From the NCBI GenBank assembly GCA_965223705.1, contig OZ245015.1:4478234-4542233 (forward strand): 64,000 nucleotides of DNA, read 5' to 3'. The DNA is from Myxococcota bacterium (GTDB taxonomy: Bacteria; Myxococcota_A; UBA9160; UBA6930). The position numbers and the translations under genes are program-made. The notes beneath the pieces were generated by a model. It saw nothing but the letters and a program-made list of their open reading frames with translations, was not told the origin of the DNA and did not search any database. Shown here one piece after another: positions 19,808 through 28,055 of the stretch (positions within the stretch are counted from its first letter, which is position 1; every line of letters begins with the position of its first letter).

Positions 19808-21321
19808 CAAGTCGCTCCCAGGGTCGGGACGCGATGGTCCCCCAGTGCGACACAGACGTTCTTGGTCTCCGTGTAAAAATCGAAGCTGTAGTCTCCGCCG
19901 TCTCGGCCGATACCCGAAGCTTTCATCCCGCCAAAGGGTGAGGGAAGGTGGCGATTGTTTTCAGAGTTGAGCCACACCATTCCGACGTCGAGATCTCGCG
20001 CGATGCGGTGCGCGCGCTCGAGATCGCGCGTCCAGACGTAGCCGGCGAGCCCGTAGCGAGAGGCATTCGCGATCCGCAGCGCTTCGGCTTCGTCGTCGAA
20101 GGGAATGACCGTGAGCACCGGTCCGAAGATCTCTTCTTGAGCGATTCGCATGTCCGACTGCGCGTCGAGCAGCACGGTGGGACGGACATAGAGTTCGCCC
20201 GGTGCCGTTCCGGATGCCGTGTAGACGCGCGCACCTTCCTCTTCGGCGAGTTCTAGGTAGCTCCGCACTTTGCTGCAGTGCTCGCGATGAATCAAAGGGC
20301 CGACTTCCGTCGCTGGATCGAGTGGGTGGCCCACGCGGATGTTGTCGATGCGCGACGCGAGCGCGCGCGTAAATTTCTCGTGCACGGAACGCTCGATCAA
20401 CAAGCGGCTGCTCGAGGTACAGCGCTCGCCGTTGAGGCTGAAGATCATGAAGATCACGGCGTCGAGCGCGCGCTCGAAGTCCGCGTCCTCGAACACCACG
20501 ACCGGATTCTTTCCCCCGAGTTCGAAGTGGACGCGTTTTAGCGTTTTGCTCCCCTGTGCCATGATCGCGCTTCCGGTGGCGGACTCTCCGACAAACGCGA
20601 TCGCTTGGATCGCGGGGTCTTCCGTCAGCGCCTTTCCCGCTTCTTCACCCAACCCGTGAACAGTATTCAGGACACCCGCCGGCAGCCCTGCCTCATGAGC
20701 GATCTCCGCCAACAAGACGGCAGAGAGCGGACTCCATTCAGCGGGCTTGTGCACGACGGTGCAGCCGGCGGCGAGGGCGGGCGCGATCTTCCATGTCGAT
20801 AACATGAACGGGGTGTTCCACGGCGTGATCACGGCCACGGGACCGATTGGCTGACGGAGCGTGTAATTCAGATGTTGGGCAGCGGGCAGTGCCTGCCCGT
20901 CGCGCACTTGCTCGGCGCGCGCGGCAAAGAAGCGGAAGTTGTCGGCGCTTCGCGCGGCCGCCTTGCTCATAAACCGGAGCGGTTGACCCGTATCGCTCGA
21001 TTCCACAAGTGCGATCTCTTCCGCGCGGGTTTCGATCGCGTCGGCGATCGCCTCGAGGACTCCGCGCCTTTCTGCGGGCGGCCGTCGAGACCAATCGACA
21101 AAAGCCGCTTCTGCTGCGGCCGACGCCCGTGCGACGAGAGTCGAATCGGCCAGGGGCACCTGACCGAGATCGCTACCGTCGATCGGCGACGTATTGGCAA
21201 CGGTTCCCGACGTGATTCGCTCCGCCTCACCTGCGATGATGTGGGGCAGGGTTCCGCCGCGGAAACGGGCCAGCACCTGCTCCGCCAGAGCCCGGTTTTC
21301 TTCGAATGTTTTCGCGCTCAT
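19807..21321 (-). CDS. hpaE: 5-carboxymethyl-2-hydroxymuconate semialdehyde dehydrogenase
   Basis: ITPWNTPFMLSTWK, FELGGKNP, SLNGERCT, EEIFGPV. Confidence 0.93.
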   Translation of the reverse strand: MSAKTFEENRALAEQVLARFRGGTLPHIIAGEAERITSGTVANTSPIDGSDLGQVPLADSTLVARASAAAEAAFVDWSRRPPAERRGVLEAIADAIETRAEEIALVESSDTGQPLRFMSKAAARSADNFRFFAARAEQVRDGQALPAAQHLNYTLRQPIGPVAVITPWNTPFMLSTWKIAPALAAGCTVVHKPAEWSPLSAVLLAEIAHEAGLPAGVLNTVHGLGEEAGKALTEDPAIQAIAFVGESATGSAIMAQGSKTLKRVHFELGGKNPVVVFEDADFERALDAVIFMIFSLNGERCTSSSRLLIERSVHEKFTRALASRIDNIRVGHPLDPATEVGPLIHREHCSKVRSYLELAEEEGARVYTASGTAPGELYVRPTVLLDAQSDMRIAQEEIFGPVLTVIPFDDEAEALRIANASRYGLAGYVWTRDLERAHRIARDLDVGMVWLNSENNRHLPSPFGGMKASGIGRDGGDYSFDFYTETKNVCVALGDHRVPTLGAT

Positions 21322-21716
21322 GACGAGCCCGCGCGCGCGGCTACGGCGTGGTGGAGCGGGTTCGCCTTCCATGAGAACTCGCCGTCGATCTCCTGAACCT
21401 CGAGGGAGATCGCTGTCTCCTGGGCGACGCCTTCTCCTTCCAGAACGGACCTCACAGCGGCGAGGAGCGTTTCTCCGACGCCTGTTTTCGTCGTGTCATC
21501 CCGCCCCCGGCCGATGCGGACGACCACGTCGACGAAACCGTTTCCGGGATGTTCGTCCGCCACGGCGTAGTCGTCGCAACGGATCGCTCGGGTCCGCGTG
21601 CCACCTTTTGGGAAGACGCCGGTCGAAAGCGCGGCCTTGTGCAGGCGCTTCACCAGATCGCCGCGTCGTAGCGCGTCGTGCAGGTTGGCGGAGTACTGAA
21701 CCACGAGGTGCGGCAT
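21318..21716 (-). CDS. hpaF: 5-carboxymethyl-2-hydroxymuconate delta-isomerase
   Basis: MPHLVVQYSANL (catalytic Pro), FPKGGTRTRA, IGRGR. Confidence 0.9.
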   Translation of the reverse strand: MPHLVVQYSANLHDALRRGDLVKRLHKAALSTGVFPKGGTRTRAIRCDDYAVADEHPGNGFVDVVVRIGRGRDDTTKTGVGETLLAAVRSVLEGEGVAQETAISLEVQEIDGEFSWKANPLHHAVAARAGSS

Positions 21717-21772
21717 GAGGTGAGCGCGTTTCTCCAGTGGCTATCATGGTACCAAGAGGTGCGAACCCAGCC

Positions 21773-22633
21773 ATGCGAATCGTGAGCTTCAACGTTGCAG
21801 GTCGAGATGCGTTCGGTGTGCTTCGCGGTGAAGAGGTCATCGATGCCGGCGCGCGCTTCGCGGCCGACGTGCCGAGTGTTGTCGACCTCGTCACGAAGTC
21901 GAGCGACCCACACTTTCGAGATCGGTTCGCCAACGCGTCATGCGACTTCCGTCTCGACGAGGTCCGCCTGCGAAAACCGATTCCCCTGCCGGGGAAGTTC
22001 CTTTGCGTCGGCGTGAACTATGCGGATCGCAATGCCGAGTACCGCGACGGTGCGGAGCGGCCGCGCTATCCGAGCTTGTTCATGCGTACGCCCGATTCGT
22101 TGGTCGCGCACGGCGAGCCCATACTCAGGCCGCCCGAATCTGAGCAGCTCGACTACGAGGGGGAGATCGGTCTCGTCATCGGCACCGCGGGGCGTCGCAT
22201 TCCAGAAAGCGAGGCCATGCGTCACGTCGCCGGTGCGACATGCGTCAACGAAGGCAGCGTTCGCGACTGGATACGCCACGGGAAATTCAACGTCACCCAG
22301 GGGAAGAACTTCGATCGTTCCGGAGCGGTCGGCCCATGGATCGTGACGGCTGACGAACTCGACTTGACGGCCCCACTGACGCTGGAAACGAGGGTCAACG
22401 GCGCGCGGCGTCAATTCGACACGACGTCGCGCCTCTCCTTTCCGTTCGCGCGTCTCGTGTCGTACATCTCCACCTTCACCACGCTCCACCCGGGAGACAT
22501 GATCGCTACGGGAACCCCAACGGGCGCCGGCGTTCGCCTTTCCCCTCCGCAGTTTCTCGTGCCGGGCGATGTCGTGGAAATCGAAGTGTCGGGGATCGGC
22601 GTGTTGCGCAACGAGGTTGCCGACGAGAGCTAG
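21773..22633 (+). CDS. Fumarylacetoacetate hydrolase family protein (HpaG-like)
   Basis: CVGVNY, LDYEGE, NEGSVRD, GKNF, PGDMIATGTP. Confidence 0.9.
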   Translation: MRIVSFNVAGRDAFGVLRGEEVIDAGARFAADVPSVVDLVTKSSDPHFRDRFANASCDFRLDEVRLRKPIPLPGKFLCVGVNYADRNAEYRDGAERPRYPSLFMRTPDSLVAHGEPILRPPESEQLDYEGEIGLVIGTAGRRIPESEAMRHVAGATCVNEGSVRDWIRHGKFNVTQGKNFDRSGAVGPWIVTADELDLTAPLTLETRVNGARRQFDTTSRLSFPFARLVSYISTFTTLHPGDMIATGTPTGAGVRLSPPQFLVPGDVVEIEVSGIGVLRNEVADES

Positions 22634-22687
22634 TCCGTTTGCGAAGGGCGCCGTGATACGAAAAGCTGCCGCCACCAAGGAGGCTTC

Positions 22688-23065
22688 ATGATCGGTTATG
22701 TAACGCTCGGGACCAACGACTTCGAGAAGGCGGCAGCCTTCTACGACGCTCTGCTCGGTGACATCGGCGCCAAGCGAGCCATGGAAAACGAACGCATCGT
22801 GCTGTGGGCGAAAGCGCCGGGAACCCCGATGCTGGCGGTCTGCAAGCCGTTCGACGGCGGTGCCGCGACTTCCGGGAACGGCACCATGGTGGGCCTCGCT
22901 GCGGAATCGAAGGAACAAGTCGACCAGATCTACGCGAAGGCGATCGAACTCGGAGGGACCGACGAAGGTCCCCCCGGCCCCCGCGGCGATGACGGTAGCT
23001 TCTACGGTGGCTACTTCCGTGACCTCGACGGGAACAAATTCGTCGCGTTCATCTTCGGCGGCTAG
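22688..23065 (+). CDS. VOC/glyoxalase family protein
   Basis: IGYVTLGTND, GNGTMV, DEGPPGPR, YFRDLDGNK. Confidence 0.92.
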   Translation: MIGYVTLGTNDFEKAAAFYDALLGDIGAKRAMENERIVLWAKAPGTPMLAVCKPFDGGAATSGNGTMVGLAAESKEQVDQIYAKAIELGGTDEGPPGPRGDDGSFYGGYFRDLDGNKFVAFIFGG

Positions 23066-23070
23066 TGCAT

Positions 23071-23102
23071 GATGGCCAGCCGGGGACTACCGGCTGGCCA
23101 TC
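23071..23102. terminator. 13-bp perfect hairpin between convergent genes
   Basis: GATGGCCAGCCGG-GGACTA-CCGGCTGGCCATC between the VOC stop (23065) and the MerB-like stop (23103); no clear U-tract. Confidence 0.6.
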
Positions 23103-23816
23103 TCACCCCTCGAGGACCTCGAGCAAGTTGCCGAAGAATGCGTGACAGGCGCGCGCACTCTGCTCGAAATCGATGACAAAGCCCCGGTCTCCTGGGTTCT
23201 GAGTGCGCCACAACCGTCCGTGCTCTTCGCTACAGAAGAAATGCACGCGTTGTCACAAACCATCGAGCATGTGCGGTTTCGCGCGATCTTCCGCGGTGGC
23301 AATCGGATCGAACTCCCGCAAGGTCCGGGTCGCAGGGTGTTCGCTCTCAGCGCTATCCGCGGTCACTCGAAAATTGAATTCGATGGGTTCGTGGCACTGA
23401 GAGCAGCGCGACCACACGTTCGCTTCGGTTCCAACCCCGTACACGACGGGGACGGCAATCGTGCCTCCCGCTCACATTCCGTCGAGCCGCGCGCCGCGAA
23501 CCTCGACTTGGTGGTTGCACGGAACGGCCGAGAAGGGATAGAGCGCGAGGATCCGCTCGCCGCTCGGATCGAGTTTGAGGGCATCGCGGCGATTGAGTCT
23601 GTCGAGCACGTCCCGGACCTCGGTCGGCGCGAGATCCGTTGCGTCCTGTATCGATTCGGCGCTGGGAACCGCACCGCGACCGAGCTCTTCGATCGCCGCG
23701 CGACAGCAAGCTCGCTCTCCCGGGGTCATGTTCTCGAGGAAGCGGATGCGAGCGTCCAACAGCGGCTGGAAGTGCGCGGCAAAACCACGCGGATAGTCGT
23801 CCGGATCCATGCGCAT
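23103..23816 (-). CDS. MerB-like organometallic lyase, probable selenoprotein with two Sec (UGA at 23472-23474 and 23253-23255)
   Basis: One 237-aa frame if two TGA are read through: YPFSAVPCNHQVEV..RLDGM*AGGTIAVP..SRCSQCHEPI..DGL*QRVHFFCSEEHGRLW, aligning by eye to MerB RLYAWCALD..SHCAATGAPV..SFCCHVHFFAS; GGAG RBS; hairpin after each UGA. Confidence 0.82.
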
Positions 23817-23913
23817 CGTGGTCTCCCTGCGCTGGGCGCGCGCAATGCGTTGCTCGCTCAGCTCGTCTCAAGATACGATACCGTTCCAATCCCCCGAACT
23901 GGAGACTCCGCAG

Positions 23914-24204
23914 ATGCCCGCTTATTTCGTCGCGATTTCGAAAGTGAAAGACCAGGAAAAGCTGCAGGAATACGCCGCCCAGGCCGGTCCGACGTTGGGC
24001 GCACACGGCGCCAAGGTCTTGGCGCGCGGTGGCATCGCCGAGGCGTTGGTGGGCACCAAGTCTGGGGACGCCGTGCTCGTCGCGGAGTTCCCGAGCGCCG
24101 ACGCGATTCGCACTTGGTACAACTCGCCGGAGTACCAGGCGGCGATCCCCACCCGCGAGAAAGCGATGGACGCGAACTTCCTGATCGTGGAGCCGCCGGC
24201 CTAG
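23914..24204 (+). CDS. DUF1330 domain protein
   Basis: MPAYFV..GAKVLARGG..EFPS..WYNSPEYQ. Confidence 0.9.
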   Translation: MPAYFVAISKVKDQEKLQEYAAQAGPTLGAHGAKVLARGGIAEALVGTKSGDAVLVAEFPSADAIRTWYNSPEYQAAIPTREKAMDANFLIVEPPA

Positions 24205-24211
24205 CGGTCAC

Positions 24212-24297
24212 GGCGTCGGCTCAGCCGACGCCACCCCCTTCGCTCGCCTTCGGCTCACTGCGCGCTCCTTTCGCGCTTCGCGCGAAACTCGCTTGCG
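24212..24297 (+). repeat. Structured intergenic repeat, copy A
   Basis: Hairpin GGCGTCGGC-TCA-GCCGACGCC, ACCCC, CGCTCGC, CTGCGCGCTC, hairpin with TTC loop, CTCGCTTGCG; related copy at 59989-60085 minus. Confidence 0.65.
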
Positions 24298-24349
24298 ATT
24301 CCCGGAGATTCGCGCGAATTCGCTCGCGCTCTGCCCGGGTTCGCGCGCG

Positions 24350-25057
24350 CTAGCCGTACTGGAATTCGGGGTAGAGCAGGTTGACGGCCTGCACGAAGCC
24401 GACGTCCCAGATTGCGCCGATAAGTTGCCAGGCGATCAAGATCCCGACGATCGCGATCGTCGGGTTCCGCATCCATTCCCGGTAGTGCGTCATCCACGCC
24501 TCGGGCAAGACCAACGGCAGTGCGCCGCTTCCGTCGAGCGGCGGCAGGGGAATCAGGTTGAGCAGTAGCAGCAAGAGGTTCATCGAAAAGAAGACGCTGA
24601 GAACAAACGCCGCACTGGCCGCGAACCCCGCGTCGCGAGCGGCTACGACTCGGTCGAAGACGACCGAGTCGGGTGCGTAAAACGCATCACCGGCGACGCC
24701 GACGCGAATCGCAACACCCATCGCGATGAGCAGCAACAAGTTCGCTCCGGGCCCGGCCAGCGACATCCACGCGGCGCGTTTTGGATAACGTTCTGCCCAC
24801 ACGGGATCATAGGGGGCGCTTGCGAAACCGAGCGGCCAGCCGGAAACGATCACGGAAAGAATCGGCAGAATCACCATGCCGAAGGGCTCGCGGCGGATGT
24901 GCGGCATCGGATCGATCGACACCTGGCCGCCGCGGTACGCGGTGAGATCTCCGCCGCGTTTCGCGGCCCAGGCGTGCGCGGCCTCATGCAACGTCGCGGA
25001 AAAGAGGAACGCGACGTAGTAGACGATTGCCGAGAGGATGTCGGTTGAGGCGATCAG
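24350..25057 (-). CDS. Site-2 protease (peptidase M50)
   Basis: LHEAAH, SLAGPGAN, LNLIPLPPLDG; frame open to CTG at 25057 behind GGAG. Confidence 0.9.
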   Translation of the reverse strand: MIASTDILSAIVYYVAFLFSATLHEAAHAWAAKRGGDLTAYRGGQVSIDPMPHIRREPFGMVILPILSVIVSGWPLGFASAPYDPVWAERYPKRAAWMSLAGPGANLLLLIAMGVAIRVGVAGDAFYAPDSVVFDRVVAARDAGFAASAAFVLSVFFSMNLLLLLLNLIPLPPLDGSGALPLVLPEAWMTHYREWMRNPTIAIVGILIAWQLIGAIWDVGFVQAVNLLYPEFQYG

Positions 25058-25124
25058 TGGGTTCGCTCCGGCGCGTCAAGCTAACCGCCTTGCCTCCGCT
25101 CGTCGAAGACCCGAAAATCTCGGA

Positions 25125-26324
25125 ATGCCCTCACCGGTGGTCGACCTGTCCGATCCGGCATCTTTCCGCGACGGATTCCCTCACGAATCGTTCGTCTGGC
25201 TGCGCCGCGAAGCCCCGCTTTTTTGGCACGAACCGACCGAGAAAACGCCCGACGGCGAAGGCTTCTGGGTGTTCAGCCGGTACGAGGACGTCCGTGAGAT
25301 CTTCCTGGATCCGAAACGGTTCTCGTCCGAAACCGGTGGTCACCGCGAGCTCGGCGGCACGCAGATCAAGGATGACCGCGGTGCGGGTGTGATGGTGAAC
25401 AACACCGACGACCCGCGGCATCGCCACATGCGGAGTCTCGTCAACACGGGCTTCACGCCCCGCATGATCGGTCGCATGGAAGGCGAGCTGCGCGAGCGCA
25501 TCCGCCGCATTCTCTCGAACATCCCCGAAGGCGAGCCGTTCGACTTCCTCGAACGCGTGGCCCGAGAACTACCGCTGCAAGCGATCTGCTCCATTCTCGG
25601 TGTTCCGCAGTCGGACAGAACGATGCTTTGCGACTGGGTCGACGAGGGCATCGAAGCCGACACCGGGGAAGTCATCGCCGCCTCGGCCCATCGAAAACTC
25701 GGGAGCTACGTGCGGACACTCATCGATCAAAAGCGCGCGGCGCCGAGCGACGACATCCTGTCGGTCATCGTTCACGCGGAAATCGACGGCGAACGGCTCT
25801 CCGATCGCCAGCTTCGCGCGTTTTTCAGTCTGCTCTTCCCCGCCGGCGCCGAGACGACGCGAAGCGCCATCGCCGGGGGACTCCTCGCGCTGATCGAGCA
25901 CCCGGAGGCGTGGGATCGACTCAAGAATCAACCGGATGTGCTCTCAACGGCCATCGAGGAAATCATTCGCTGGACGACCCCCTCGACCTACAAGCGTCGA
26001 ACCGCGACCGAGAACGTCGAGAAGTACGGCGAGAAGATTCGCGTTGGGGACAAAGTGACGATCTGGGAGGCGTCCGCGAACCGCGACGAAAGCGTGTTCC
26101 CCGATCCCTTCCGCTTCGACGTCACCCGTACGCCGAACCACCACGTGGGCTTCGGGCACGGCGTCCATTTCTGTCTCGGCGCACACCTCGCACGCTTGGA
26201 GCTCCGCATCACGTTGGAAGAAATCTTGGCCCGCTACGAGCGCTTCGAGCTCGCCGGCGCGCCGGTCTACCGCCCCAACAATCGACTGGTCGGCCTCAAG
26301 GCACTTCCGGTACGCGCGCTGTAA
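25125..26324 (+). CDS. Cytochrome P450
   Basis: AGAETT I-helix, EEIIR, FGHGVHFCLG heme ligand. Confidence 0.96.
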   Translation: MPSPVVDLSDPASFRDGFPHESFVWLRREAPLFWHEPTEKTPDGEGFWVFSRYEDVREIFLDPKRFSSETGGHRELGGTQIKDDRGAGVMVNNTDDPRHRHMRSLVNTGFTPRMIGRMEGELRERIRRILSNIPEGEPFDFLERVARELPLQAICSILGVPQSDRTMLCDWVDEGIEADTGEVIAASAHRKLGSYVRTLIDQKRAAPSDDILSVIVHAEIDGERLSDRQLRAFFSLLFPAGAETTRSAIAGGLLALIEHPEAWDRLKNQPDVLSTAIEEIIRWTTPSTYKRRTATENVEKYGEKIRVGDKVTIWEASANRDESVFPDPFRFDVTRTPNHHVGFGHGVHFCLGAHLARLELRITLEEILARYERFELAGAPVYRPNNRLVGLKALPVRAL

Positions 26325-27486
26325 GTCGCGCGGACCGTCGCATCCGGGCCATCAGAAGAATCGCGAAGACCGAAGCCGACGCGGCGATACCGAACATCGT
26401 CGGGTAACCGAAGCCCGACGCCACCGGGCCCATCCCGACGCTTCCGATGGTGAAACCGACGTTGAAAGCGCCATTGTAGAGTGCCATCACGGTCGCCCGA
26501 ACCTGGGAAGAACTCCATTCGACCGCCAGCGCGTTGAGGGCCGGATAGTAGAGTCCCTGCGCGGAGCCGAGCAAAACACCCGGGAGAATGAGTCCGACCC
26601 GACCGATCTCCATCACGAGGAGCGGCGCCAGCCCGTAGACCGACATCGCGCCGATCGCCACGGCGAGTCGTCCGACGCGATCCGCCAATCCTCCGGCCAC
26701 CAGGCGGATACCGGCGGAAGCGCAGGCGTAGGAAATGAAGAACAGACCGACGTTTTCGAATCCGGAATCGATCGCCCAGGGCGACGCGAACGTGATGCAC
26801 GCACCGAACAGCAACCCTGCCAGCGCCGATACCAACCACACGGGCCGAAGCTTGGCGATGCGCAGAACATCGCGGAACGGCGACGCCACGGTTTCCGCGC
26901 GGTGGGTCGGAGCCGCGAGTCGCGTACCGACCACGGCGGCACCGGCCGCGAAGGCCGCCGTCCCCCAAAAGACAGCCTCCCAGCCGTAGCGGACTGCGAG
27001 GGGTTCGGCGATTGCGGGCGAAATCGCGTTGGTGGCGACCATGGTCGCGCCAAACCAACCGATGGCTTGCGACAGACGGGACGGAGGCGCGAGATCCGTC
27101 GCGAGTGTCGACGCCGCGACGAAGAAGAAGCTGAACCCGAAGCCTTGGAGAATTCGCGCTCCAAAGAGCAGTGGGCCGACGTCGTCGGCGATCGTGAACA
27201 ATACGCAGCCGACGATCATCGCCACGGCGCCGCTGAAGAGGAAACGCCGGCGCCCGAGCCGATCGATCAGTGTTCCGGTCACGGGCACGCACAACACACT
27301 CGTGGTCCAGGCGATGCCGGATACCCAGCCGATCGTCGTCGGGTCCGCACCCAGCTCCGTCTGCAAATACTTCGGGAGTAGGAAGTACGTCGAAAACGAG
27401 AGGCCGAAGAGCGCCTGCGCTGTCAGCAACATCACGAAGCGCGGTGACAGCACCCGCTCCTGCGTATCGCCGGTGGTGTTTTCCAT
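26296..27486 (-). CDS. MFS transporter
   Basis: GTLIDRLGRR and GGLADRVGR motif A; about 12 hydrophobic segments. Confidence 0.92.
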   Translation of the reverse strand: MENTTGDTQERVLSPRFVMLLTAQALFGLSFSTYFLLPKYLQTELGADPTTIGWVSGIAWTTSVLCVPVTGTLIDRLGRRRFLFSGAVAMIVGCVLFTIADDVGPLLFGARILQGFGFSFFFVAASTLATDLAPPSRLSQAIGWFGATMVATNAISPAIAEPLAVRYGWEAVFWGTAAFAAGAAVVGTRLAAPTHRAETVASPFRDVLRIAKLRPVWLVSALAGLLFGACITFASPWAIDSGFENVGLFFISYACASAGIRLVAGGLADRVGRLAVAIGAMSVYGLAPLLVMEIGRVGLILPGVLLGSAQGLYYPALNALAVEWSSSQVRATVMALYNGAFNVGFTIGSVGMGPVASGFGYPTMFGIAASASVFAILLMARMRRSARLTARVPEVP

Positions 27487-27632
27487 GGAGAACCCTCGTC
27501 TCGGGCCTCGAAACAACACGTTCCGGCCGCTGGCGCGCCTGTCGAAGTAGCACACAGCGCGCCTGGGCCAAGGCAGCGCCCGGATTCAAGCGGCCGGCGC
27601 GAGCGGTCGAAACCTCCTCGGGGAGGATCCAC

Positions 27633-28049
27633 ATGGGTCTGTTCTGGCGCCGCAGTGCTCGCTCTGCGGCCAAAGCGCATCGGAACCCTCGGGACAACAC
27701 GCGTGTGCAGCCCGCTCGAGGTGCACCGGTCGCCGTTCACGTGTTGGGGCGCGATTCCCTCGACATCCTATCCGCGCGCGACATCAGCCAGACAGGTATC
27801 GGCGTTTTCGTGCCGCACCGATTCGAGGGTTGCGATATCGCGAGCGAGGTCGAGCTCGTCGTGAAGCTCCCCGGCCACCGGACCTTCCTGGCGCGGGGCC
27901 AGGTCAAGCACCAGAACGAAGAGGCCGAGGCGTCGCCCTTCTTCGGTGTCGAGTTTACAGACGTCCCCACCGAGGGCCGGAAGCGACTCCAGTCCTACAT
28001 CGCGAGCCGCCTCGACGAAGCGCGCGAACAACGCAAGGCGGCGGGCTGA
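27633..28049 (+). CDS. PilZ domain protein
   Basis: RDNTRV (RxxxR), DISQTGIG, FGVEF. Confidence 0.8.
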   Translation: MGLFWRRSARSAAKAHRNPRDNTRVQPARGAPVAVHVLGRDSLDILSARDISQTGIGVFVPHRFEGCDIASEVELVVKLPGHRTFLARGQVKHQNEEAEASPFFGVEFTDVPTEGRKRLQSYIASRLDEAREQRKAAG

Positions 28050-28055
28050 CGCGAC

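Noticed and set aside
23103..23816. Pseudogene reading of the fragmented MerB-like ORF
   Set aside because: Both stops are TGA at catalytic Cys positions, there are no frameshifts, the RBS is intact and hairpins follow each UGA; recoding is more parsimonious, though unproven
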